DNA of 63,741 bases, filler included, from Hyphochytrium catenoides (taxonomy: Eukaryota > Protista > Hyphochytriomycota): NCBI GenBank assembly GCA_900088475.1. It is 10 parts of 10 records of this genome, joined end to end, with 100 filler letters (N's around TTAATTAATTAA, not from the genome) between each part and the next. Parts side by side here need not be neighbours in the genome. Positions count along the whole stretch, not along the records: positions 1 to 28,700 come from FLMG01003668.1; positions 28,801 to 36,708 come from FLMG01000911.1; positions 36,809 to 42,963 come from FLMG01000627.1; 7 more parts are not named here. One strand, written 5' to 3'. The translations under genes and the position numbers were made by a program. Positions within the stretch are counted from its first letter, which is position 1; the number at the start of each line of letters is the position of its first letter. Of this stretch, positions 25,300 through 36,997 are shown one piece after another. Below the pieces are notes generated by a model. It did no database searches. It saw only the letters and a list, made by a program, of their open reading frames with translations, and was not told the origin of the DNA.

Positions 25300-26511
25300 T
25301 TGCGTCCGAGAGAGCCGGCACATGTCGTTCGGAGGATGACTTGGTCTTCGGGCGAACTCATCGTAGGGTCAAGAGTAGCAGCAGGTAGCACGCTTGTGCA
25401 ACTCGCAAGTCGCACGGCTGAGGGAGCCCCAAAGGTTCTGGAGGACAGCTGGTGTACCAAGGAGAGCTATTCATCGGCTACTGCTTGCACTGTTGTTGAA
25501 GGAGACAATGATATGATCGGAAGGCGCCTTTCTCGTTCTATAAGAGAAACCCCAACGCTGCTGGAGGACAGATGGTGCATCGACGAGGAGAGCTATTCAT
25601 CGGTTACTGGCTGCATTATTGTTGAAGGAGACAATGGGATGATGAGAGGAAGGCACCTTTCTCCAACAACAACTCCGAATGGAGAATGGCAGCATAACCC
25701 TCGTTCTATAAGAGGACACGACGTCGATAAAAGTCGCGAGAAGGAGAGTAGCGGGAAGAAAGTCATAGCGTCGACCCCGTTGGCGGGAGGGCTGGTCAAG
25801 CCATTTGATTGTTTTTTAGGGGCCACAAATGAAGGAGTCATCCGACCTTTAAAGCGTGCTAGAGCCAGGACCCAATCGTTTTCTGAGGCCACGGACACGA
25901 AGATTTATCCTATTAGTGCGCTTGGGCAATGGAGACGCGACCGCGTGCTGGAGGCCAATGCGGCTCTGAAGCTATTAGTTTCTCCACACAGCTCGGGGAG
26001 AAAAGCAACAGATACCCCAGTGGAAGAGTTGGTGCTCCCGTCATCACCATGTACCAGCATGCCTCATCCGCCAGGTTGTTCGACCAGACGCCGAGAAGAC
26101 ATTGGCGTGCCGCTGCCGGATAGAATGGCAGGACGGACTACCAGCTTGGGACGGAAGGATGAGAAATTGTCTATTATCAAATCACAAGAAGACGAGGCAA
26201 TGACAGCTAGGATACAGAGGAAAGCTGACCTGGCGGTACTACCGCCTAATACAGCACGGTGCCGCAAGAATGACCCATATGAGGTTAGACGAAAGAAGAT
26301 GGATTATGTCGAAGAGGCAGCAGAAGGCCTCACTACAAAGCATTGTGAGGAGATAAACCCCAAAAGCTCTCATCATTCGAGCCAGGGACAGGCCTTGGTG
26401 ACGCTTCGTTCATGCAGCACTACTAGGCGGGTTAGGTTTATGCCAGAACCGCAGGTGATTGAATTCTGCACTACTTCCGGCAGTGGTGAAGAGGGCGGCT
26501 GCAACTTCTAA
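25300..26511 (+). CDS. Hypothetical low-complexity protein (403-codon ORF) with internal duplication and C-terminal RVxF motif; possibly decaying
   Basis: Long open frame with an imperfect in-frame duplication of about 120 bp (25438-25535 vs 25561-25663) and RRVRF near the C-terminus. The upstream sequence appears to continue in another frame with stops. Confidence 0.35.
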   Translation: MRPREPAHVVRRMTWSSGELIVGSRVAAGSTLVQLASRTAEGAPKVLEDSWCTKESYSSATACTVVEGDNDMIGRRLSRSIRETPTLLEDRWCIDEESYSSVTGCIIVEGDNGMMRGRHLSPTTTPNGEWQHNPRSIRGHDVDKSREKESSGKKVIASTPLAGGLVKPFDCFLGATNEGVIRPLKRARARTQSFSEATDTKIYPISALGQWRRDRVLEANAALKLLVSPHSSGRKATDTPVEELVLPSSPCTSMPHPPGCSTRRREDIGVPLPDRMAGRTTSLGRKDEKLSIIKSQEDEAMTARIQRKADLAVLPPNTARCRKNDPYEVRRKKMDYVEEAAEGLTTKHCEEINPKSSHHSSQGQALVTLRSCSTTRRVRFMPEPQVIEFCTTSGSGEEGGCNF

Positions 26512-28700
26512 AGGTACAGGACGAGGAGTGTGAGTAGTGATGGCTAATGGTCGGCCCTTCACGTTATTATTGGTGTAAGTTGTTGCTGCCACGGTGACAG
26601 TCACTCCACCCACCATCAAGTATAGTATTATGGCCTGGCGGTGGACCCCCTGGGTGACGAGTGGTCCAGAGGAGTGTATCTCCATATCCGGGATCGCTAC
26701 TGGTGCTGCCACGTTGTGCTGCCACGTTCGGAGGATCGTTCTTCCTTTGAATCTCTAAATGAGCATGGTTGATGTGATAATAGATAAAAAGTTCGTCTTC
26801 TGCCGGTTCTTGCATTGCCCATCGACTCCGCGACAGGTTTTATTTTATGCCACTACTTCTAGCGCTTTGATGTTCTGTGAAGCTCCTACATCCAAAGCTA
26901 CCCAAAAGTAATAGCTCTTCTGCTAGTGGCGGTACTCACTACTCTCGCGTCCCCGCTGCCGCCGTTGTCGAAAGGAGAAAATAGAAGAATTTTCGTTCTT
27001 TATAAGATCATCTTCTTTAGCGTTAGTTAGTTACTCTGTCGGCTAATAACTGGTGCTATTATCCCATTTCTTTGAGGGCTGTCTTCCCTTGTAGACTGAG
27101 TATTAAGAGGCGAAGAAGGGAGAAGGAGAGACGCCGCGCCGCTTCCACTTATACTCAATCCTCTTACCATCATCATCATCATCATCGTATTCTTTGATGA
27201 TGAAGATTTTATCATCACTGCTCTTCGTTATGTAGCCCTATCTTTTAGGGACGTGGGAGCCGCTAACCGCAGGTTAGGGAGTTTATGAATTACGAATTTT
27301 TTATAAACAAAATGGCTTCAAGGTCTACGCGAATAGACGAAAAATAGAGACAGAAGAGCATAAAAAAAAACTCGTCTTTGTCTTCGAGGTAGCAGCGAGG
27401 TTAGATTATTGACGGGAAGAAGCTGTTTTGGAGCTTGTTGAGCTCGCGATGAGTCTGCGTAGAACTCCTAGCCAGTTGGGCTACGTTAACGTGACCGAGA
27501 GACCAATACTGTCAAATATGTATGCGCGGTACGCCTTTATCAGACGGACTCGATTGGTATGAAGAACTGCGTTGTGACGGAGAATAGACATTAGAAAGAT
27601 AGACATCAGAAGCACCATCTGTTGGAGCAGCTTTAAGGGTGAAGGCCGACACTCTTACACCGCCGCTAATGATGCTCCTACCTTATCACTAAGCGGCGAG
27701 GGGCAAAATTGAGCATGATAGGACCATCCGCCAGCAGATACCTGTAGAGTCCCAAGCCAATTGATAGCCTGGTTTCTCTCCCAATAAGTCAAGTCATGAG
27801 TTAACTAAGATGCAACGGTGAGGACAGGTAAAGCTCTTGGACCTCCATCTTCATGGCACACGGACCGCCGAAGGAAGAAGGAGATCCTTGATCTTATTGA
27901 AACTTTCTCAATGTCCTCCTTCCATTGCGCGAATGCCTGCACCAAGGTGCCCATTCTGGGGACAGAAGCAGCCTTTGTGCCTCGAAGTCCTCCTCTTATA
28001 AAAAAGAAGCTCCTGTTAGGTCATGAGACTAATAATACGGAAGTAACAGACCTCATTCCGCCCACCCAACAAAGTCCCCCAGGCGGTGTCCAGAAGAGTA
28101 GAAGTAAGACTACTTCGCTAACTCTGGGAATCAGGGAGGACAGATCCCTCAAGGTACTGAGGCGAGAGGCCCTTAACTTCCCGCTTCTTTATAAATCGAG
28201 AAAGGGTATCGAGTAAAGTACGAGTTAACCATCTGTTAGCAGGCCCCTGACGAGGGTGGAGCAAATCGCTCGAGCCCTACAAGGACCAGTAAACTCTTAC
28301 CAAGGACGCGACAACTCTATCGCAGTATCAACATCCCACTAATTCCCTCCTCAACTAGTGAAGCGGGTAGCAAGAAGGTCCGGCTTCCTCTGGCAAAAAT
28401 TCATCAGCGGCGAGCAACAGATCCGGTAAAACCGAAGGAGTCTCGCACAATTATTCGGGACGCTGGCACGGAGGTACGAGGCTTTGAGAGTACAGAAGGG
28501 CGCAGAGAGAGCTCAGGAAAGAACTCATAGGAGATAAGGAGGACTGATGATCGTAAAGAAAGTGACCCTACCTTTTGAAGCTGCTTCGCATTGAACGCGT
28601 TCCAGAGGTCTCTAATGAAAGGCATTTGCTACCCACAGTCAAACCGAAGAAAGTTTGATACAACCCTGGTCAGAGAGTGGGGACGTCCTGAGGAAGCAAT

Positions 28701-28800
28701 NNNNNNNNNNNNNNNNNNNNNNNNNNNNNNNNNNNNNNNNNNNNTTAATTAATTAANNNNNNNNNNNNNNNNNNNNNNNNNNNNNNNNNNNNNNNNNNNN
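28701..28800. other. Artificial 100-nt assembly spacer (44N-TTAATTAATTAA-44N); also at 36709-36808, 42964-43063, 45864-45963, 53032-53131, 55131-55230, 56971-57070, 58988-59087, 61308-61407
   Basis: The same length and the same six-frame stop cassette occur at nine sites. Confidence 0.98.
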
Positions 28801-30737
28801 AGGATGACGGTCCACATAGGCGGATGGTGATGCGGCAGCTGTAAGGATTGTTACTGCCTCCTCTCCTCTCCTTTCTCTCTCCTTCTTTTTCTCTCTCTCT
28901 TTCTCTCTCTCTCTCTTTCTCGCTTGCACTCTCGCTCCTTCACTCTCTCTTCGTAAGTCTCTCTCTCTCTTGAGCCTAAGTGTCCGTCTCCTTATCTGCT
29001 CTCTTTACTGTCTCTTTGGTGCTCCTGGTTCCCCTTCTCAACCTCCTCTTTTTCCATCCTCCATCCAGAGGTGTCGCCCTTCTCCTAAGCGTTCACGGAT
29101 ATCCACATGCTGACCTTTTCACACCCATCTCTCTCTTTCTTTCTCTCTCTCTCTCTCTGTGCCTCTCCCTCTCTCTCTCTCTCTCTCATTGTCTGCCTCT
29201 CTCTCATTCGCTCTTTCTGTCTGCCTCTCTCTCGTTCTCTCTCTCTCTCTTCTCCTTCAATCCACTTTTCTACAACTCTAGTCTGCGAGTGATCTTCATC
29301 AAGTTCCCGGACAGCACACAGGAGAAGTGGTTTCCCAAGCTTCCTCGGCTGATCCGGAGCGTGGAGCTCTCTCTCTATCAGAGCGCTGCCTCCTTGGAAG
29401 AGTATAGGAATCCCCATACATTGTGGAGACGACTACAGAGAGTAGTGCTAGAGAGCTATCACATGGCAGTTCTCTCTTCATCTTCTCCCTCTCTTCCCTC
29501 TCTCTCCCCTGCTCCTTTCTCTTCACCAACAAGAAGAAAGAAGCAATATAACTCTCGCTTCTGGGAGAGCCCCAACGGGACAGCTTTCTCTCATTCCCTA
29601 TCTCCATCTTCTTCAGGACTCGAAGAGAAGAGAGAAGAGGCCGTCTCTGGTATCTCCTCCTCTCCTTCTCCTTCCCCATACTCCTCTCCGCCCCTGAAAA
29701 GGAGAAGGAGATACTCTGCGAGCACCACTGAGGGAGAGAGAGACGATCAAGTGAAGGAGATAGAACGGAGACACCATCGAGAGCCAGAGGTTGGCAGTGA
29801 AGATGCGGAAGGAGCAAGAGAGCAGCCGCAGCCGCAGCAGGATGGGGCCACTGCCATGAAGAGAGAGGAGGAAGAAGAGAGAGGCTTTCTCGTGGGGCAC
29901 AACGAGGCGCTCACAGCCCACATTTACTCTTTCCTCGACGGTAAGGACGCTGTCCGACAGTCAGCAGTCAACCGTTTCTCCGCCCGTGTCCTGCCTTCAT
30001 GTGTGGTCTCTCTCTCTCTTGATTGTGAGACGCTGTACAGAGTTTTTAGGCACACTTCTGCCTTCAAGCTGCTGAGTAAATATCCAATGCTAGAAATCTT
30101 AGCAGTCTCTCGTGGAGAAGAGAGAGAGAAGGAGGGAGAGAGACCAAATGAGGGAGAACAGAGAGAGAGAATCTTTACGAGAGTCCTTGAGGACAGGTCT
30201 GGCACGAAGAAAGGAGAGACTGTAGCAAAGAGAGTAGCCATCGCCGTAGGAGGAGGAGCCTGCCCACGCCTTGTGTCTCTCTCTCTTCAATCTCTCTTTA
30301 TCAACACTGCTAGTACGGATGCAGTCCGGACTATAGCGGACGCTCTTCAGCAAGGAAGGTGTCCTCGGCTCGCTTCTCTCTCTCTCTCCAATAATTGCAT
30401 TGGAGACCGAGGAGCCTATGACATTGCGGCGGTCATTCTCTCCGGTAGTGTTCCCTCTCTCTCTTCCCTGGATCTGAGGAGAAACTTCATAGGAGAGGCA
30501 GGGGCTCGAGCTCTGGCTGAGGCTCTAAAGAGTGCGGAGAGAGTCACTGATGTCAGGCTTGACAGTAACATTCTCTCTGACGCTGTCGTTATAGACCTTG
30601 TGGACTCTCTCTCGATTCACGGACCTAACATCAGAAGACTGGGCTTCCAAGATAATTTTGTCTCCAAGAGGGCGGTGGAGGAAGTGAGAAGAAAGCTCCA
30701 ACGTTCTGGTCTTAGTATTATCCAAGTCTGTCGCTAG
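28801..30737 (+). CDS. KIX-like + F-box-like + leucine-rich repeat (RNI-like) protein; 5' end lost in gap
   Basis: Exon 28801-28840 spliced across intron 28841-29281 (GT..AG, CT-rich) gives RRMVMRQL-LRVIF..KWFPKLPRLIRSVELSLYQSAASLEEYRNPHTLWRRLQ (KIX_2/Med15-like). LTAHIYSFLDGKDAVR is F-box-like. LxxLxLxxNxIG repeats include LSLSNNCIGDRGA and LDLRRNFIGEAGA. The ORF track's SLSL N-terminus is intron. Confidence 0.8.
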
Positions 30738-31772
30738 AGGAAGAGAGGAGCGAGGCAAGAGAGAGGGAGAGAACAGAGAGAGGAGGAAGAAAGAAGAGAC
30801 GCACGCTCACAAGGACTTGTGAATCAGTTCCAGAGGACACTTCCTTCTCTCTCTCTCTCTCTGTGTCTCGTCAACGTTAGGAGCCCCTGATTTTAGGCAA
30901 TGCAGGGTGTGAGCTTGTCAGTAAATCCATCTTCAGGGTTACTTGGCGTGTCTCTCTCTCCCTCTCTCTCTCTCTTTGCTCGTTGGTTATTCTTCGCCTC
31001 TGTCTTAGCTCTTTCTTTGTTAGTGCCAGATTGGATTCAGCGGTGTCCTTTGCTAGACAGAGACGTCCTCTGCTTCCTCGTCTGGAGGAGAGAAGTGTAC
31101 GTCCTACTCCATTGTAGGCCCTGATCTCTAGGGCGGCGTGGTCTGAATTGAAGATTTCTGCTTGCAGGGGCGGTGTCGGCTTTCACATCCTCTCTCTCTC
31201 TCTCTCTCTTTCTCTCTCCTTTTCTCTTTTTCCTTCTCCCCTCTCTCTCTCTTCTTTCTCAGGCTTTGGGCTCAACTTTAGGGATTGACTCAACACATAT
31301 TCTGATGATGAGAGCCCTAGATTCCTATGTAACATAGCTAACAGTCTGTCTTCCTGGCTGCCCACATGGAGAGTTAGTGCCAATGACACCTTCTGCCAAC
31401 TGCTAACTAGTCTATAGCCACAAAAATGATGAACAATGACGCTCAATCTCTTTCGTTCTCGCTCTCTCTTTCTCTCTCTCTTGTTCTTTCTTTGCCTGCC
31501 TAAGTCTCTCTCTGTTTAAGTTCCCTGTAAGTCTTTCTCCTGCTGCCTCTAATCTCTCGTCAAGCTACCCTCATCCTCTTTCTGCCCCGGAGAAGCCATC
31601 CTCATGATCCTCTTTACTTTTTATTGCCCGCTTTGCTTGACTTGCTTGGACTTGCCAGCGTTCTCTCAAATCAGGAGGAGCAAGAGTCAGACACATCTAC
31701 ACGGCCTCTAAGCCTGATACTTGGCGAACAGCGTCTGAGCTGGTTTGGTTCCTTTTCTTTACTTGGTCATCC

Positions 31773-34700
31773 TCATAGCGTCCCAGCCGAGGGTGTCCGA
31801 ATCCACTTCCTAATGTCACCGCCTCCTCTCTCTCCAGACGAAAGCGTGGCTGCACCCATATGCCGCCTCCTTTCTCTGAGCTTCTCGGTCTCCTCTTCAT
31901 GGCAAGGAGTACATAGCGTCCTTAAGTTATGCAGGGAACACTCTCCTCCCCCAAGAGAGACGGGAACAATGTGATCCGCTTGCCAAAAGTCTCCCTCGAC
32001 AGGAGCAAGAAGCATTCTCTCTCTTCCTCCGCCTCTCTTCTGGGGAAGACGGAAGCGAGAGCTAAGAATAAGGTTTAGCCTCTCTGGCGGCTCTAACTGC
32101 TTGAACTTTTGAAAAAACGAGTGCGCATCTTCTCCACATTTCTGGCACACTCCCCGCTCCAGCCTGAAAAGCTGGCTGCGGATCGCCTGTGAGTTTGTCC
32201 GGACTTGGTACTGCTCCCGGCATGAGAAGGAGCAGAAAGACGTAGAAAAGGACGGAGAAGAAGATCGCTCTGTTCTTTCCTCCTCGATCCCCTTGTCCAG
32301 CGAGAGAGTGTCAGGATGCTGGACGAGCTCCTTGTTGCAGACAAGGCAGAGGGAGGGAGATATTCCAGAGGAAGAGGAAGAAGAGCTTAAGAGAGAGCTT
32401 GCTCTCTCGGTCTTCTCTAGGTTACCTGCTTCTCGCTGCAGTTGCGTGATTGACTTTGAGTACCGTTGGAAAGAGGATCCTTGTCTCTCTCTAACCTCCA
32501 TCTCCAGCTCTCTTGACGCGGCAAACGGAGAGAGGAGAACACGGTTGGACAGCACTTTGCGCTCCGTACTTCGCAGTTCGTCCCACTGCCTAACAAAGTC
32601 TATGGCTTGTCTCATGTTGGCAGGGTGATGGGGCCGGAGAAGAGAAGGAACCTTCACCCACTCTTTTTCTCTCAGATGTGTGGGCTCAAAGTTAAGGTTG
32701 AGAGGTTGCTGGTCGCAGTCATAGATAGAGATCCGCCCAGTGTTGGCACTAACAGAGAAATAGAGTCGAAGTGAGGGGTCAATTTCTGTCTTCACAACAT
32801 TGGTCTCTCTTTCTCTTATAAAGTCTGCACCCGATGGTTGCGGTTCCACAACTACTGCCTGATCCTTTCTGCTTGTCCTTAAAGCCTCGCGCGGCTCTTT
32901 GAGAGAGACACCGGCACTGACTGCCGCAGAGCCCCGAGAGAGAGAAGAGGAGATATGAGGGGTAGTGGTGCTTAACGGAGCGCCGTCCAGAGAGTCCTCT
33001 TCCGTCAACTCAATGGTCAAGGGGGGAGAGCAGCTTTCAGGTGCACTTCTGGGGCCAACGCAATCTTTCTTGCGTTGGTTCGAAGAGGAAAACGGAGGAA
33101 AGTAGCGAGTTTCGCATATCGAGCAGACGCATGGGCTGTCGTTCTCATCTCCATCCTTCTCGTTGATAAGAGTACAGACGGGACATTCCCACGAGAACTT
33201 CTTCTTCTCTTTAGCAGCCGGCGGAGGTGTCCCTGCTCTTTCTCCCTGCCGAAGCGCAGTTTGAGACTTCTGCCTTGGCTCGATGGGAGAGAGGACAAGA
33301 GGGCGTGGCTTGCTCAGGGGCGGAGAGATAAAGGCTCGAGGCTCAGGCTGATGCCTTGCAGGAGTTATGAGGTCTCCCTCTTTCCTATCATCGCTTCCCT
33401 TCTTCGTCACTCCTTGGGCTTGGTTCCCCGCATCAGAAGCACTGAGGTCAATGGGCTGACCATTGCCGAGGTCGACTTCTAGCCTTTCTGTCTCTTTGCT
33501 CCTTAGCGTCTTCAGCGGAGTCCTTTTCGTTTGTTCCTTTGCCTCAAGTCCTCGTTCGTCTGTACTCCCTGCTGTTCCCTTTTGAGAGAAGAAAGCTCGA
33601 AGGTCCCCTTTCGGAAAGAAGGTGCCATCCCTGACCTTCGACTCCGCCACAGCGGAAGATGAGGAGGTAGAAGAAGCTCGAGGAGAAGGCTTCTTTCCCT
33701 TGCTGGTCTCCCTCGCGATGTCAGAAGCGGAGCTGAAGTCCCCCTTTAAATGCTCTCTGGCGCCGTTGAGAGCCCGCGTGACGATGCCAGTCTTTCTCAC
33801 TGTTAGAAATGCAAGCCAATCAATCAAAAAGAAGTGACAGGGTTAGCGACTGATGTATGGACCGGTCACATCCTCAAAGTTTGAACATAGTGAAGAGACT
33901 CAGAGAGAGAAGTCGAAATGGACCGAAGACGTAACCTGTCCTCCTCTTTCTCTGCCGTGCTTTCTCTCGGCCGACACTCGTCAACCCGCTACCTAAAGCC
34001 TTGTATTTTTGTCCTTTGGCCTATCGCACCCTGCTACTCTCTAGCCACCCTGCTCGCTAGCGTACGGCCTATATGGCTATCAGGCAAATGAAAGGTGAAC
34101 TAGGTACCTAGCATGTTCCACATGATTTCATCGAAGGTGTCTTGTCCCTTGGACACCAGGTAGATGACATTCACTGCATTTTTCTGTCCTATCCTATGGG
34201 CTCTGTCCTCAGCCTGATTCAGGACTCCAGGGGTCCAGTGCAGCTCAGTGAAGATGACCGTCGAAGCTGCAGTAAGAGTAAGGCCTTGACCTGCCGATGT
34301 GAGGCCTAAGATGGCCACCTTTGTTCCAGGTTAGCAACAAGAGCAAAACAGGGAAATAAACGAGGTTACTGCTGACGTCCGTCACGGGCGCTAGGATAAA
34401 TGAGCAAACATGCTAGCATTGAAGAGAGACATTGAAGAGAGACGTTGGGCTGCACTGAGCAGATAAAGAGACAAAGCCTGGGGATGGAAACCTCGTCGTA
34501 AGGATAACGTGCAAGTCAGATTGAAACGCCCATAGAACCGTTACAAAGCGACAAAGAAGAGAAAGAACTGAAGAGGAAACAGGCACGGTCCGCCTACCTG
34601 TATGCTTGGCTCTTTCTGGAACTTGACTACGTTCTCATGTCGCTGTGAGGGCTGCGTCTTCCCATCTATTCGCACGTAGCCGACTTTACCTCTTACACAG

Positions 34701-36708
34701 CTCTGCTCTATGGTGTCCAGCATGAAATGGTGATGACCGAAGATGAGGAGTTTCATAGGTCCGCTATCAGCGAAGAGACAATCCAGATAGTCGCTAACTC
34801 CTTTAGCCTTAGCGTTGCCCGTCTTTATGTATGCGTCCATAATCAATCGGTCATGACCAAACTTATCCTCTTCCATAAGATCCGGATTCTGTCTGGGGCG
34901 AGCAAAGGAAGGAGAGAACGAGCGGAGAAAAAGTTGAGGACCTGTCTTCTGAGCACCAGACCAAGGAGAAAGACCTACACTGAGCGCGGTAAACAAAGAA
35001 AGAGGGGGTTGTTCACAGTGTTGAAGACAAAGAGGGAGGGGTAGAGAAGACCAAGTTCAACTGCAGAGCTTTCTCTCTTATTATTCTTCCTCTAACTCAG
35101 CAACCTCCTCACTGATGCCTCACCTCAAGAATTTAAGCTGCTCGGCGATCTGCTTCAGCTCTTTAACCGCGCTGCCAGCAACGTCAATTACCAATCGTTG
35201 TCGCCGCTTAGCGGGAAGCTGATCAAGCACTTCTTCCTTGCGCCTTCTCACCATCACCTCTCTAAGCTTCTCGTGAAGAAGAGGAAGATTGGAGGACCCG
35301 CTGTAGTCCCAGCCAAAGTGCTTTCTCTGCGCGTTGCAGAACTGTAACGCGTACGGAGTAAACTTTCCGAAGAGATCAGGACGAAGGGCTGACACCTGAA
35401 ACCAGTGAAATCAACAGAAGACAAAGGTTAGCTTGTGAAGTCGATAGCTCTCCTGTGAATCTAGACACAAAAGAACTACCCGAGATGCCATGCCCTAGTT
35501 TTTACATCCATATCTTACTTCTCCTTTCTCTTTAACGTGTCGCACCTGGGGATAGAGCTCTACCGGCCTAGCCAGAGCCGGGGTCCCCGAAAGCATAATC
35601 ACGCGTTCGGCTCGTTGTAGAATAGGAGACAGTAGAGTGGTCCGTATCGCCTTCCGGTTCTTAAGGTAGTGGCTTTCGTCCGCGATAACCACTTTGAATG
35701 GAAGAGATGATAGCTCCGTCGCGACCAGAGAAGACGCTGTGAAGAGAGAGTAGGACACGATAGACACCCAGGCGCTCTGGAATGAAATTTATCATAGAGA
35801 AAGGAGCCCGAGACACGACGGAGTGTTGAAAGACAGACAAAAGTGAGTGAGAGCCGCCTTTTTGCAGTGTTTGTATCAAGAAGAAAACGAGAAAAGAGTG
35901 ACCAACGTACCGCGAAAGGTAAGGAAGAGTAGGTAGAATGGCGGATGGATAACAAGCGGAGAGGAAGTGGCAAGAATAGGAAAGACGAAGCACCACTCTA
36001 AGAGAAGAAGACACCGAGAGACGTAGAAGATGGCAATTGAATAGCGAGACAGAGGAGAGGTCCTAGGAAGAGGCTAATAGTTCCTCCTACCTTCAGATGG
36101 TCGCAATCTGCCCTGCCTCTGACAACCGAGATCTTCTCAGCAGGGATCGTAGGCAGCCACTTCTCTATCTCACAGGCCCAGGTATAGCGCATGGAAGAGG
36201 GAGCCACGACTAACAAAGGCCATTCTTCTGCATAGTGCGCTGCGATCGCAATGGCCTGTATGGTCTTGCCCAGCCCCATCTCGTCTCCAATGAGGCATCG
36301 TCCTTGTTTCGATAGAGCGAAGCGTACTCCTTCCTTCTGAAAGGGCATCAGCTGACGCTGCAGGTCAGCGAAAGGAATCTTGGGTACAGTGGCTTCAAAA
36401 GCACGATAGACTTGTGTATCTTCAGCTTTCTTCTTCTTACGCTTTGTCTGGGTCCCCAAGGCCTGTTCTTGCTTCCTTTTCGATGGCGTCCCGTCCTTCT
36501 TACTCTGTTTGGGCTTTCCTGTCTCTTTTTTCTTTTCTGCCGTTATTTTGGTCAATGCCTTTCGTTTCGCCTCAGCCTCGCGATTATACTCAGCGCTCAG
36601 CTCTTTTATCGTTTTTGCTGGAGCCATGGCTCCCAGAGCTCAGGTGACCGGTCTGCTTACTATCGTAACCTTTCAAGTCTTGGCTTCTATGTCCCGGGGC
36701 CTTGACGC
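31773..36708 (-). CDS. ZRANB3: ZRANB3-like annealing helicase/endonuclease (SNF2 ATPase, NZF zinc finger, HNH); 5' end runs into gap
   Basis: SMARCAL1-type ATPase motifs LMPFQKEGV..GRCLIGDEMGLGKTIQA, VIADESHYLKN, LSGTPALARPVELY, RIDGKT, AGQGLTLTAA..ELHWTPG..QAEDRAHRIGQ. NZF WECPVCTLIN..CSICET. SRD-like FSVSANTGRI. HNH FWQADHIVPVSLGGGECSLHNLRTLCTPCH. Introns are GT-AG. Confidence 0.95.
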
Positions 36709-36997
36709 NNNNNNNNNNNNNNNNNNNNNNNNNNNNNNNNNNNNNNNNNNNNTTAATTAATTAANNNNNNNNNNNNNNNNNNNNNNNNNNNNNNNNNNNN
36801 NNNNNNNNTGGGCCTGTGGAAGTCAAGAGCTATTGAGCTTATTGCATAACCCTTAACCGAGCTACCCTCAGAGTTGTCGGCTTGTTATGGCCAGTGACAT
36901 TCAACAGGCTCTGTCTACTAAATGGTGGCCCCTCTTTTGTTAATACTACGCAAGCAGGGAGCCTTCCTTGCCAGAGCTGCCGCATATGGATTACTTA

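Noticed and set aside
28745-28756. Palindromic TTAATTAATTAA repeated nine times
   Set aside because: It is always centred in an exact 100-nt N block and places stops in all six frames, so it is an assembly spacer, not biology. Gene adjacency across it is unproven.
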